Assembly (NCBI GenBank): GCA_964636865.1
Contig: CAZWVJ010000006.1
Coordinates: 24,882 to 88,881 of the forward strand
Length of the DNA stretch: 64,000 nt
DNA from: an uncultured Syntrophomonadaceae bacterium
Lineage (GTDB): Bacteria > Bacillota > Dethiobacteria > DTU022 > PWGO01
Reading direction: 5' to 3'
The position numbers were made by a program, and so were the translations under genes. Under the pieces are notes generated by a model. That model made no database searches. It saw nothing but the letters and a program-made list of their open reading frames with translations, and was not told the origin of the DNA. Below, piece by piece: positions 28,560 through 37,275 of the stretch; the first letter of the stretch is position 1, and each line of letters begins with the position of its first letter.

Positions 28560-30794
28560 TTAATACAATACTCTTACCAATTTAGCATAAATTATGTCTA
28601 AAACACTTTCCCTTATAGCATTTGAACCACCATATATATTTACTGCGGGTAAATTCGGATTTTTTGTTTCTAAATGAGCCATAACGGCTTCGGAAAGATT
28701 ATCAAGCCCGGTAAGCACCACCGGAGCTTCAAGAGTAGCCGCATGGGCTCCACCGCTTAAAGCATCGGGAAAATCTAAACCACTGGCAAAGGTAACATCG
28801 GAAGGTTCCTCAAAGAACCTTTCCGCCAACTTCACCGCAGTTTCCCACCGATTATTCCCCGCAATACGCTCACCGGCTCCGCATTGTTCATATACTCTCT
28901 CACTGAGGGCAGAGGTACCTCCCACAACATAGACCTCTTCTAAATCATCCTCATAGCTTACCAAAAATTCTGCTGCCTTCACCTCCAGTGACGAAGAAGA
29001 GGAAAGCAATATTATGCCCCCCCGACTGGCAGCAGCACTGGCCACAGCTAATGCATCAGGGAAATTCTCTCCCGTGGCCATAAAAACAGGAAAACTGCCT
29101 TCCTTATCTTCCAAAAACTTTTCCGCTATCTTAACAGCAGTTTCACAACGATCATCACCGGCAAGCCTTTTAACTTCATGATTAAAGTTTTCTTCTATCT
29201 CATCTTGAACTTCCGCAGAAATAGCAGCATCACCGCCTAAAATATAAACAGTACCATCAGACTGCAGAACACGTTCTATCTCATCAGCAGTATCATTATG
29301 CAATCTATCCTCAGGGGTAAGCAAAAGTGGGCCATTACTGTGATAAGCAAACGGACTACCCGCCAGAGCATCGGGAAAGTCATCTCCCCGCGCCAATACC
29401 ACCACCTCTGCCGATTGAGAATTAGAAAAAGCTTCCCGGCTTATTTCCACTGCAGTCCGGTAACGATTATCTCCATGAATACGTGAAACATCCGCAGTTT
29501 TAATAAAATGTTCCATTAAATGTTCCACACCATCTCTTATTTCAGAAAATTTATCATACAAATTATTCCCCGGGCAGCTTGTATTGCCTACATCTCTATG
29601 ACCGCATATGCGAGGAACATTATTTTTACCTCCTATGCTGGCTGAACCCAGTGGAGTTAGTGAATACTGGCTAAAACGCCAGGCAATTAATTTTTCCAGG
29701 CTGGACAAAGCCTCACCGGTGGGGTAGCCGGAATCAATCGCACTATAACCCGGTTGAAACTGCCCTATTAATGAAATCCCAACACTGGCCTGATTATTCC
29801 CCGAGCCGGCATGCGCTCCCTGCACATCCTGAAATTCCAGGTTATAATTTTCCCGGCCTTCATAAATGTTACCTTCATGGTCTATAAGAAAGTTATAACC
29901 GATATCCCACCAGTCTCTATTAATCGCATGATGATACCAAATATTTCTGACAACCTGCTCGGGGTTAGAAGGCTCGTTTTCAGTAGCAGTATGATGGATC
30001 ACAGCATGAGATACGTCTATAATGGGATATTCGGAAGGATCTCTGTAATTACCATCATCTTCATCTTTGCTTAAATCTCCTCCCCACTCTTCTCTCCTGA
30101 TAATATTAGGCATATTATTATAAGAAGTAGATAAGGGAAACAGCAAAGGCCTGATAGAACTCGCCAGAGTGGCATCATTCAAAGATAACTCTTCATCCTT
30201 TGTATTGCTTTTAGGTTTGTCATCTTTTTCTAAAGAGCCATCGGCTACTGAAACCTTTATATGATCAATTTCTTCATTTGCAGGAAGCTTAAACAATATT
30301 TCAAAAGAAGTATGAGGAGTATCTCCTTTTGTTAAATATAAATCAGACCAGCGCAAACCGGATGGGTTTTCCTCCGTCCGGCTATCCAAAACTAACTCAT
30401 GCCATTTTCCATACTGCCCGTTATTTTCTTTAGTGCGCACCTTGATCATATATTCTTCGAGGTTTAAAGATTCATCTACGGTGGAATCTGAGGAAGACTC
30501 CCCTCCTATTCCTATGCTTAAACCTGTAAAGGGAATCTCTGATTTACGTTCAAATCTATATGGCTTATCTTTCTCATATCCTTCCTGTAAAAACCATTTA
30601 AAATCCGCAGAAGGCATACCTGTTTTTTCTTCATTCAATTCAACCAAAGGATCACCGGCTTCTTGATATCCATCTGTATGCTTGCTAGCAGCTTCCACCG
30701 GTTCTATAATAATTATAATTAATAAAACTAAAGCTATACAATAACAAAACTTGAATTTTTTTAGGTAATTCAAGCCAAGCTCCTCCTTTTTCAT
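28560..30794 (-). CDS. Cell-wall hydrolase: N-acetylmuramoyl-L-alanine amidase (Amidase_2/PGRP) domain + 3 CWB2 repeats
   Basis: 744 aa. Signal peptide. Amidase_2 motifs (HHTATEN...GYNFLIDHEGNIYEGR...CGHRDVGNTSCPG). The C-terminal 300 aa are about 85-90% identical to the C-terminus of the adjacent glucosaminidase. Confidence 0.7.
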   Translation of the reverse strand: MKKEELGLNYLKKFKFCYCIALVLLIIIIIEPVEAASKHTDGYQEAGDPLVELNEEKTGMPSADFKWFLQEGYEKDKPYRFERKSEIPFTGLSIGIGGESSSDSTVDESLNLEEYMIKVRTKENNGQYGKWHELVLDSRTEENPSGLRWSDLYLTKGDTPHTSFEILFKLPANEEIDHIKVSVADGSLEKDDKPKSNTKDEELSLNDATLASSIRPLLFPLSTSYNNMPNIIRREEWGGDLSKDEDDGNYRDPSEYPIIDVSHAVIHHTATENEPSNPEQVVRNIWYHHAINRDWWDIGYNFLIDHEGNIYEGRENYNLEFQDVQGAHAGSGNNQASVGISLIGQFQPGYSAIDSGYPTGEALSSLEKLIAWRFSQYSLTPLGSASIGGKNNVPRICGHRDVGNTSCPGNNLYDKFSEIRDGVEHLMEHFIKTADVSRIHGDNRYRTAVEISREAFSNSQSAEVVVLARGDDFPDALAGSPFAYHSNGPLLLTPEDRLHNDTADEIERVLQSDGTVYILGGDAAISAEVQDEIEENFNHEVKRLAGDDRCETAVKIAEKFLEDKEGSFPVFMATGENFPDALAVASAAASRGGIILLSSSSSLEVKAAEFLVSYEDDLEEVYVVGGTSALSERVYEQCGAGERIAGNNRWETAVKLAERFFEEPSDVTFASGLDFPDALSGGAHAATLEAPVVLTGLDNLSEAVMAHLETKNPNLPAVNIYGGSNAIRESVLDIIYAKLVRVLY
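28563..29480. repeat. Approximately 0.9-kb direct repeat, copy B (CWB2-repeat coding region of the amidase)
   Basis: Paralogous copy of 26990-27890 at an estimated 85-90% nucleotide identity. Confidence 0.8.
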
Positions 30795-30920
30795 TAACCT
30801 TACTATAAATAAACTTCCTGACTATAGCTTAACCATGCATCTTTTACTTTCTTTCAAATAATCCAAATATATTCCCTCCGGGTGGAAACCCCTACATCAA
30901 TCACTTACAAATATACCATT

Positions 30921-30957
30921 TTAAAAAGCTGGAAGCTTAGCTATTAAAGCTTCCAGC
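30921..30957 (-). terminator. Rho-independent terminator immediately 3' of tRNA-Leu
   Basis: Inverted repeat AGCTGGAAGCTT / AAGCTTCCAGC with an 8-nt loop. On the minus strand it is followed by CTTTTT. It starts 2 nt after the tRNA CCA end. Confidence 0.6.
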
Positions 30958-30958
30958 C

Positions 30959-31045
30959 TGGTGCGAGCGAAGGGACTTGAACCCCCACGGGCGAATGCCC
31001 ACTAGGTCCTGAACCTAGCGCGTCTGCCGATTCCGCCACGCTCGC
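30959..31045 (-). tRNA. tRNA-Leu(CAG): tRNA-Leu (anticodon CAG), CCA encoded
   Basis: Reverse complement reads GCGAGCGUGGCGGAAUCGGCAGACGCGCUAGGUUCAGGACCUAGUGGGCAUUCGCCCGUGGGGGUUCAAGUCCCUUCGCUCGCACCA. The 7-bp acceptor stem is GCGAGCG/CGCUCGC. The anticodon stem CUAGG/CCUAG carries loop UUCAGGA, giving anticodon CAG. There is a long variable arm GGGC...GCCC and a T-loop GGUUCAAGUCC. Total length 87 nt. Confidence 0.9.
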
Positions 31046-31258
31046 CCAATGTTATTATATTCTATAGCTTAGCTTTTTCGTACAGTATACATCATACTTT
31101 CCATAAATGCAATAAACAGTCTTACTTCCTTCCCTAACCTAATATTATCATTTAAATAATTCACCTACAAATATTACACTCATAGATGGGTAATTAATCT
31201 ATCTTTTCCTGAGATAACCCCCTGGATAACAACACAATCAAACATTTTTTTAGTATTA

Positions 31259-32206
31259 TTATTTTGACATGCCCAGGTATTTATAAGGAAATTTTATATT
31301 ATACGGTGAAACTATTTTCAAAGCTTTTTCCATTACCTGAAATTTTAAAGGAAATTTTTCCATGTTTTTGGTTTCACCGTCAATTTGTACGGGCATGGTA
31401 TCATCTTCACAATTGATAACCAATTCTTTTGCCTTATCTAGATGAATGCCGTTCATCCAGGTAAATTTTCTGGCAAATGTTAGTACTCCCATAACAACTT
31501 TCCGCGGGTTGCTAATGGGATCTACAATTTCAAAGTCCAATAACCCATCATCAATTTTTGCCTGGGGGGCAATGCAAAGCTGCCCTCCATAAAAACGTCC
31601 GTTTGCCACTACCGTTAAAAAAGTTTCTTTGGTTTGCACTTCTCTATTGTCCAATCGATATGATACAGCCCGGGGAGGAAAATTAATGTGCTGGAAACAA
31701 GCAGAAACATAGCCCGGATAGCCCTTTAACCAATAATTATCGTCAGTGGCCGTTTGAGAGACCTGCGCATCAAAACCAACTCCAACCGCATTTAAAAATA
31801 TGTTGTCGTTAACCTTGCCCAGGTCCATCTCTATCACCGGCCAATAAAACAAGCCTTTCAAAGCAAGTATGGCATTATGAGGCACCCTCACCGAACGGCG
31901 GAAACCGTTTGCCGTCCCCCCTGCGATAAGTCCAAGGATATTTTTTTCCAGGTCTATGCCATTAACTGCTTCTTTCAAAGTGCCGTCTCCGCCAACGACT
32001 ACAATGAGTTCCGCTCCGTCTCTACTTGCCCGCGCTGCCGTTTTAGTTACATCTCCCTCATCATCACCGCTAAAATAAACTTCGTAGTTAACACCTTTTT
32101 CACGCAAGTAAGATTCTATAGTATTCCACGTCTTCCCACCTCTTCCTCCTCCGGAATGAGGGTTCACCACAAAAGAAGTCTTATATGGAAAACTTTTGGT
32201 TTTCAT
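31259..32206 (-). CDS. Diacylglycerol kinase catalytic domain lipid kinase (DagK/YegS/BmrU family)
   Basis: 315 aa. NPHSGGGRGG...IVVVGGDGTLKEAVNGI matches the DAGK_cat family. Confidence 0.75.
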   Translation of the reverse strand: MKTKSFPYKTSFVVNPHSGGGRGGKTWNTIESYLREKGVNYEVYFSGDDEGDVTKTAARASRDGAELIVVVGGDGTLKEAVNGIDLEKNILGLIAGGTANGFRRSVRVPHNAILALKGLFYWPVIEMDLGKVNDNIFLNAVGVGFDAQVSQTATDDNYWLKGYPGYVSACFQHINFPPRAVSYRLDNREVQTKETFLTVVANGRFYGGQLCIAPQAKIDDGLLDFEIVDPISNPRKVVMGVLTFARKFTWMNGIHLDKAKELVINCEDDTMPVQIDGETKNMEKFPLKFQVMEKALKIVSPYNIKFPYKYLGMSK

Positions 32207-32250
32207 TTTTCCCCTCCCTCCTATTCTTTGGCTCAGGAAAAAATTAACAA

Positions 32251-33108
32251 TTACCTTTCGTCTTCATCCGATTCTTCGTCCGATTCGATATTATTTTGAC
32301 TGCCGAGGTCTATGTTACCAAGATCTTCACTGCCTCCGTTCAAAATTTCACCAACTGAGCTACCCGGAGAAGATATTCCTCCCAATAAATGTTTAAACTC
32401 CATGGGCAGGGGAAAAGCAATTAAGTTTCCTTGCTGAGAAGCTACTTCCGGCAAAGACCGTAGTAAGCGGACAAACATACCCCCTTCTTGGGAAGAAAGT
32501 ATCTTAGCTGCTTCTGTTAATCTTTGCGAAGCTTGCTTTTCTCCCTCGGCTTGAATTACTATAGCCCGCCTTTCCCGTTCTGCAGAAGCTTGCCTGGAAA
32601 TGGCCTTTTGCAAGGCTTCCGGTATAACCACGTCTTTTATTTCCACTGCTGTAACTTTAATACCCCAATTGTCGGTGGCTTCGTCCAAAATCTGCTGGAT
32701 TTTCTGATTAAGTTTATCCCTTTCACTTAACAATTCATCTAATTCTGCCTGTCCAGCTACGCTCCGAAGCGTAGTTTGGGACATTTGGGCAGTAGCTACA
32801 CGAAATTCTTCTACATTAACTACGGACCTGTTAGGATCTACCACCCGATAATAAACTACTGCATTAACACTGCAAGTAACATTATCGCGGGTAATAACTT
32901 CCTGGGTAGGCACATCAAGGGTAACGATGCGTAGAGATACCCGGACTACCTTGTCTAATATGGGAATTACGATAACCACACCGGGACCTTTCTGCGCTAT
33001 GAGGTGACCCAGCCTAAAAATAACCAACCTTTCATACTCCTTCACAACTTTAATAGCTGATGCCAGAAACACAAGAATAATAATTACTACAATCAAACTG
33101 ACTTCCAT
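32251..33108 (-). CDS. SPFH/Band-7 (stomatin-like) membrane protein
   Basis: 285 aa. N-terminal transmembrane helix. SPFH core (TQEVITRDNVTCSVNAVVYYRVVDP...). Coiled-coil region and acidic tail. Confidence 0.8.
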   Translation of the reverse strand: MEVSLIVVIIILVFLASAIKVVKEYERLVIFRLGHLIAQKGPGVVIVIPILDKVVRVSLRIVTLDVPTQEVITRDNVTCSVNAVVYYRVVDPNRSVVNVEEFRVATAQMSQTTLRSVAGQAELDELLSERDKLNQKIQQILDEATDNWGIKVTAVEIKDVVIPEALQKAISRQASAERERRAIVIQAEGEKQASQRLTEAAKILSSQEGGMFVRLLRSLPEVASQQGNLIAFPLPMEFKHLLGGISSPGSSVGEILNGGSEDLGNIDLGSQNNIESDEESDEDER

Positions 33109-33230
33109 TAATAATCAACCTCCTTTTTGCCAGATATTTGACTTGCCCGACCTTTTTATAGAAGATTTCCAAGGCCCATTTTAAAGTAACATGAATTAGC
33201 TTTGATATTTTGACGCGCCGATTACAAATA

Positions 33231-34628
33231 TTACTGCTCAGAAACATTATCAGTAGAAGATTTAACCAGTAAAATTAATCCTTCTTTGCCAACTACCTCA
33301 ACTTCCTGGCCGCCGGGCAAACTCACTTCCCCCACATTCCGGGCGTTCCAAAGTTCCCCCTTAACTTTCACCATACCCGATTCTGAAGGGGGAATTTCAT
33401 CCACCACCTTGCCTTTTTCCGGGCCATAGAAAAATTTAGCTTCCTCGCGCCGATTTCTGCGCGAACTAATAACCCGCTGGACCACTACCAACATAATGAT
33501 GGAAATTCCGATTACAACTCCAATTACCGTTATTCGAAAAGCTTCCACCCAATCAGGAGCCATCAGGGGTTCCAGGGGAAGCAAAATGGATCCCACTAAA
33601 AGCGAAATAGCTCCTCCTATGCCCAATATACCAAAACCAGCAGTAAATATCTCTCCTACAATTAATCCCACTCCCAGGACCATAAGAACTATACCGGTGG
33701 TATTGGTATCAAAAAGCCCCATACCATAAATACCAATAACCAGCATTATTCCTCCCAAAATTTCCGGCACAAAAGTCCCCGGCATGCTAAGCCCGGTGTA
33801 AACACCCATAATGCCCAGCATAAGAAGAATAAAGGCTATCTGGGGATTACCTACCCAATCTTGAAAATTTTCCCTGGGATTCATACTGACATTACGGAGA
33901 GGGACTCCCTCTGTTTCCAGGGTTATAGTTTGGCCTCTTTTTTCCACTTCCATGCCTTCTAAATCTATCATAAGCTCCTGCAGAGATGCAGATACCAAAT
34001 CGGCTATTCCTTTCTCCACTGCTTCATCGTTATCCAATACCAGGTTCTCCGTAACAAATCTTTCCGCCACATCTTCGGGGCGACCGCTTTCCCTGGCAAT
34101 ACTGCGGATATGACCGGCTAAAAGCTGCGCAGTCTTATCATCTGCAGGCTCACCTTCTCCTTCGGGAGCCATGGAAACCGGCTCAGCTGCTCCCACAGTA
34201 GTTCCCGGTGACATGGCCGCCACATCACCGCTTAAAAGTAAAAATGCTCCGGCAGAAGCCGCAATGGCACCGGAAGGCGCCACATAAACTATTACCGGAA
34301 CATCTGTACCGCGCATAACTTTATTTAACTCCAGGGTAGCATCTACCAACCCACCGGGGGTATCCAAAACTATAATTACAGCATTTGCTCCTTCCCGGGC
34401 AGCTTCCTCAATTTGACGGCGCACGAATGAAGCAGTACCGGCAGTGATCATGGCGTGATCTTCTATAGGGATGACATAAACCACTTCTTCTCCAGGTTCA
34501 TTCGTATCAACAGTATCTGCGTATAGGGCATTGTCTCCCGGAATTGCCTGAAAAGCAATTAACGCAAGCATCAATACTACCCATGAAATGGCAAAAATTG
34601 CTCGCAGCCGCATAAAACCTACTCCCAT
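33231..34628 (-). CDS. NfeD-family membrane-bound serine protease (ClpP-class; stomatin operon partner)
   Basis: 465 aa. N-terminal transmembrane helix, ClpP-like protease domain, polytopic membrane segment and C-terminal OB-fold NfeD domain (VKGELWNARN...). The classic NfeD-SPFH gene pair. Confidence 0.75.
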   Translation of the reverse strand: MGVGFMRLRAIFAISWVVLMLALIAFQAIPGDNALYADTVDTNEPGEEVVYVIPIEDHAMITAGTASFVRRQIEEAAREGANAVIIVLDTPGGLVDATLELNKVMRGTDVPVIVYVAPSGAIAASAGAFLLLSGDVAAMSPGTTVGAAEPVSMAPEGEGEPADDKTAQLLAGHIRSIARESGRPEDVAERFVTENLVLDNDEAVEKGIADLVSASLQELMIDLEGMEVEKRGQTITLETEGVPLRNVSMNPRENFQDWVGNPQIAFILLMLGIMGVYTGLSMPGTFVPEILGGIMLVIGIYGMGLFDTNTTGIVLMVLGVGLIVGEIFTAGFGILGIGGAISLLVGSILLPLEPLMAPDWVEAFRITVIGVVIGISIIMLVVVQRVISSRRNRREEAKFFYGPEKGKVVDEIPPSESGMVKVKGELWNARNVGEVSLPGGQEVEVVGKEGLILLVKSSTDNVSEQ

Positions 34629-34752
34629 TCTTATACATATGAGTTTATATAGGTGCGCTTATAAACTCTATGTTGATTACCCCTCTCCTCTTAGGCCGGA
34701 TACAATCATTTTATTACTTTTTTTAATTTAAAACAACTACAATAAGCTTGCC

Positions 34753-35205
34753 TCAATAACCCAACCACTTAGCAGACATCTGCTCGTATTCATAAATTTC
34801 TTCCTGATGAAAGAAAAGGTCAAGTTCACGTTGAGCGCTCTCGGGGCTGTCAGAGCCATGCACCAGGTTATTGCTTACAAATAAAGCCAGGTCTCCTCGA
34901 ATTGTCCCCGGCGCCGCCTTTTGGGGGTCGGTTGGCCCCATTAGATTACGGACCCCGCTAATTACGTTTTCCCCCTGCCAGGCCATAGCCACCAGGGGCC
35001 CTGAAGTTATAAATTCTTCCAAGGAGGGATAAAAATCTTTATCGCGATGCTCTGCATAATGCCTTGCAGCCATATCTTCATCCATCCAGAGCATCTTTAA
35101 ACCTACCATCTGGAATCCTTTTTTTTCAAGCCTGGATATCACATCCCCAACCAATCCACGCTGTACCCCGTCCGGTTTAATTAATACCAGTGTCTTTTCC
35201 GTCAT
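34753..35205 (-). CDS. ndk: Nucleoside-diphosphate kinase
   Basis: 150 aa. LVLIKPDGVQRGLVGDVISRLEKKGF...NLVHGSDS with the catalytic His region. Confidence 0.9.
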   Translation of the reverse strand: MTEKTLVLIKPDGVQRGLVGDVISRLEKKGFQMVGLKMLWMDEDMAARHYAEHRDKDFYPSLEEFITSGPLVAMAWQGENVISGVRNLMGPTDPQKAAPGTIRGDLALFVSNNLVHGSDSPESAQRELDLFFHQEEIYEYEQMSAKWLGY

Positions 35206-35317
35206 TTATGCATATACCTCCTTTAGCTTTACATCCACATTCAATTAAAGAACATGAATTTTGATCCATCCATTAGTTAGCTATGAGTCAAATTGAGAAT
35301 CTACTTGTTTTTTTATT

Positions 35318-36232
35318 CTAATAAATTATAACCGGGTTATCATCTTCTATGATTCTATGTTCCTCTTCCAAGGCCCGCCGTATATTTTTAGGTATGGAAA
35401 ACATGCTCAGGTGAGTTTCCCCATCATAATATTTCAACTCTAATCCATTTTTTTCTAGATGCTTGTCAACTTCTGCCGGGACTACCTCACCGGGATCCCT
35501 ATCCTGCGAGGCCAAGATGAACCCCCAGGAAGAATCAAATGAAGGAATAAAAGTATGATAGGTATGTACAAAATTAAAACAACATTCCAGGGTATTTTTT
35601 ACTGCTGCATGGGAACTCAAAAGGGGCAAACTTAAAGAACCGGATTGCAAGGACAATGCTCCTCCCGGATTTAACCTTTTAATTAGTATGTTATAAAATT
35701 CTCGGGTAAAAAGAAGATAAGAAGGCCCTTCGTCAACCGGCTCTGTTAAGTCACTTATAATAACATCAAAGCAGCGATCATTTTCCTCAAGGTATTGACG
35801 GGCGTCCATGTGTAGCAGTTCCACTCTTTTATCGCTAAAACTGTTTTCATGCCAGGCGGGAAGATTTTCACGGCAGATATCTACTACTTCTTTATCTAGA
35901 TCCACCATTACAATGCTTTCGATAGAAGGATACTTTAACAATTCACGCAAAACAGCCCCCTCGCCACCTCCCATAATCAAAGCTTCCTTTGGAAGTGTAG
36001 GGTGTATTAGTATAGCAGGATGAACCAAAATTTCGTGATAAACATATTCATCCAATTCCGATGATTGAATCTTTCCATCCAAAACAAGACATCTGCCAAA
36101 TGCATAAGTGTCTACTATATCTACTCTCTGAAAAGCAGTACTGCCACTGTAAATATGTTGTTTGACTCCATACATATACCCGTGATATGGACTGGCATAA
36201 TCTATGAGCCAATTCCATTCCGGTATTCCCAC
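35318..36232 (-). CDS. speE: Spermidine synthase (polyamine aminopropyltransferase)
   Basis: 304 aa. LVLDGKIQSSELDEYVYHEILVHP...IMGGGEGAVLRELLKY...VDLD... is the canonical SpeE sequence. Confidence 0.85.
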   Translation of the reverse strand: MGIPEWNWLIDYASPYHGYMYGVKQHIYSGSTAFQRVDIVDTYAFGRCLVLDGKIQSSELDEYVYHEILVHPAILIHPTLPKEALIMGGGEGAVLRELLKYPSIESIVMVDLDKEVVDICRENLPAWHENSFSDKRVELLHMDARQYLEENDRCFDVIISDLTEPVDEGPSYLLFTREFYNILIKRLNPGGALSLQSGSLSLPLLSSHAAVKNTLECCFNFVHTYHTFIPSFDSSWGFILASQDRDPGEVVPAEVDKHLEKNGLELKYYDGETHLSMFSIPKNIRRALEEEHRIIEDDNPVIIY

Positions 36233-36551
36233 ATCCCAACCCCCTTGTTTAGCAGCTGATAAAAAAATATATTTAATATAAATAAAAATGATACTACTTT
36301 AATATCATTTTTATTTAGTCATGACCACTGATTTTCTTCATTAATTATACTTAATTATATCTATATTAGGAATTATAAGCAACCATTACAATTTCTTCCT
36401 TCAATTGGAAGCACGTAAAAAATTTTCTTTTTTTAGTATAAAAAAATGGCTTTTCCCCTGGTAAATACCTTCCATGCTAGCAAACTGCAAAGCAAGAAAT
36501 TACCCCTGTGTATAAGATAGCGGCCATAACTGACCACTAGGCAGCCTTCAA

Positions 36552-36935
36552 TCAATAACCTGCCGCAGTTTTATGTTCTACATTATAATCAAAAATGCCG
36601 CGCTTAATTTCCCTGGCCGTCATATTTTCAGCGGAAAACCGATGTTTGAGGTAATTACAAGAAACCCAGGGATCCACAGTTTCGCCGCAGGTAAATATAT
36701 CTACGGCTGCATAACCGAGCTCCGGCCAGGTATGAATGGTAAGATGGGATTCCGATATAACAACTACGCCGCTTAATCCCTGGGGCGAAAATTCATGAAA
36801 CACAGCCTCACGAACTTCTGCGCCGGCTTCTTTTGCAGCCCGCACCATATTATTCTTGACACCGGCTACATCATCCAGCACATTTTCGGGGCATCCATAA
36901 AATTCTACCAAAACATGACGGCCCAAAGCGCTCAT
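36552..36935 (-). CDS. speH: S-adenosylmethionine decarboxylase proenzyme (small class-1a form)
   Basis: 127 aa. [11 protein letters not shown]...[27 protein letters not shown] contains the ES/H self-processing site. Matches Bacillus SpeH/SpeD closely. Confidence 0.85.
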   Translation of the reverse strand: MSALGRHVLVEFYGCPENVLDDVAGVKNNMVRAAKEAGAEVREAVFHEFSPQGLSGVVVISESHLTIHTWPELGYAAVDIFTCGETVDPWVSCNYLKHRFSAENMTAREIKRGIFDYNVEHKTAAGY

Positions 36936-37275
36936 TTTAATACCTCCTTTATGAGAAATTTAACTTTAAACGAAGATGCAAATTTTAGGAAGCAACAATC
37001 TATATTTTAACAAACTCAACCAAAAATTCAATAATCTGCAAAAAGACAGTTTAAAAATATCATCTTTCATCTTTTCAAAGATATTTTGGCAATAATTAGG
37101 CTTTGGGAAAAGATTTGCAAAGAAAAACTGGACAAAATAAAAGAATAGCTGTATAAATGCAAGTAATTTCACGGTATGGTAAAATGTATTGCAAAACATT
37201 AAAAAAAATCTTGAAAGGCAATAATCAGTATCCCGGGAATGAACACAAAACGGCCTTTTAATTGGAGTGATTGAA

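Noticed and set aside
30795-31258. Possible integrated element at tRNA-Leu
   Set aside because: There is no integrase, no duplicated tRNA 3' end and no direct repeat. The flanking genes (cell-wall hydrolases, lipid kinase) are ordinary chromosomal genes. The adjacent hydrolase pair is better explained as a local duplication.
36936-37266. SAM riboswitch upstream of speH or a T-box upstream of cimA (16417-16706)
   Set aside because: Neither region contains the conserved cores, which are the SAM-I junction/kink-turn motifs and the T-box AGGGUGGNACCGCG respectively. They are plain AT-rich promoter regions.
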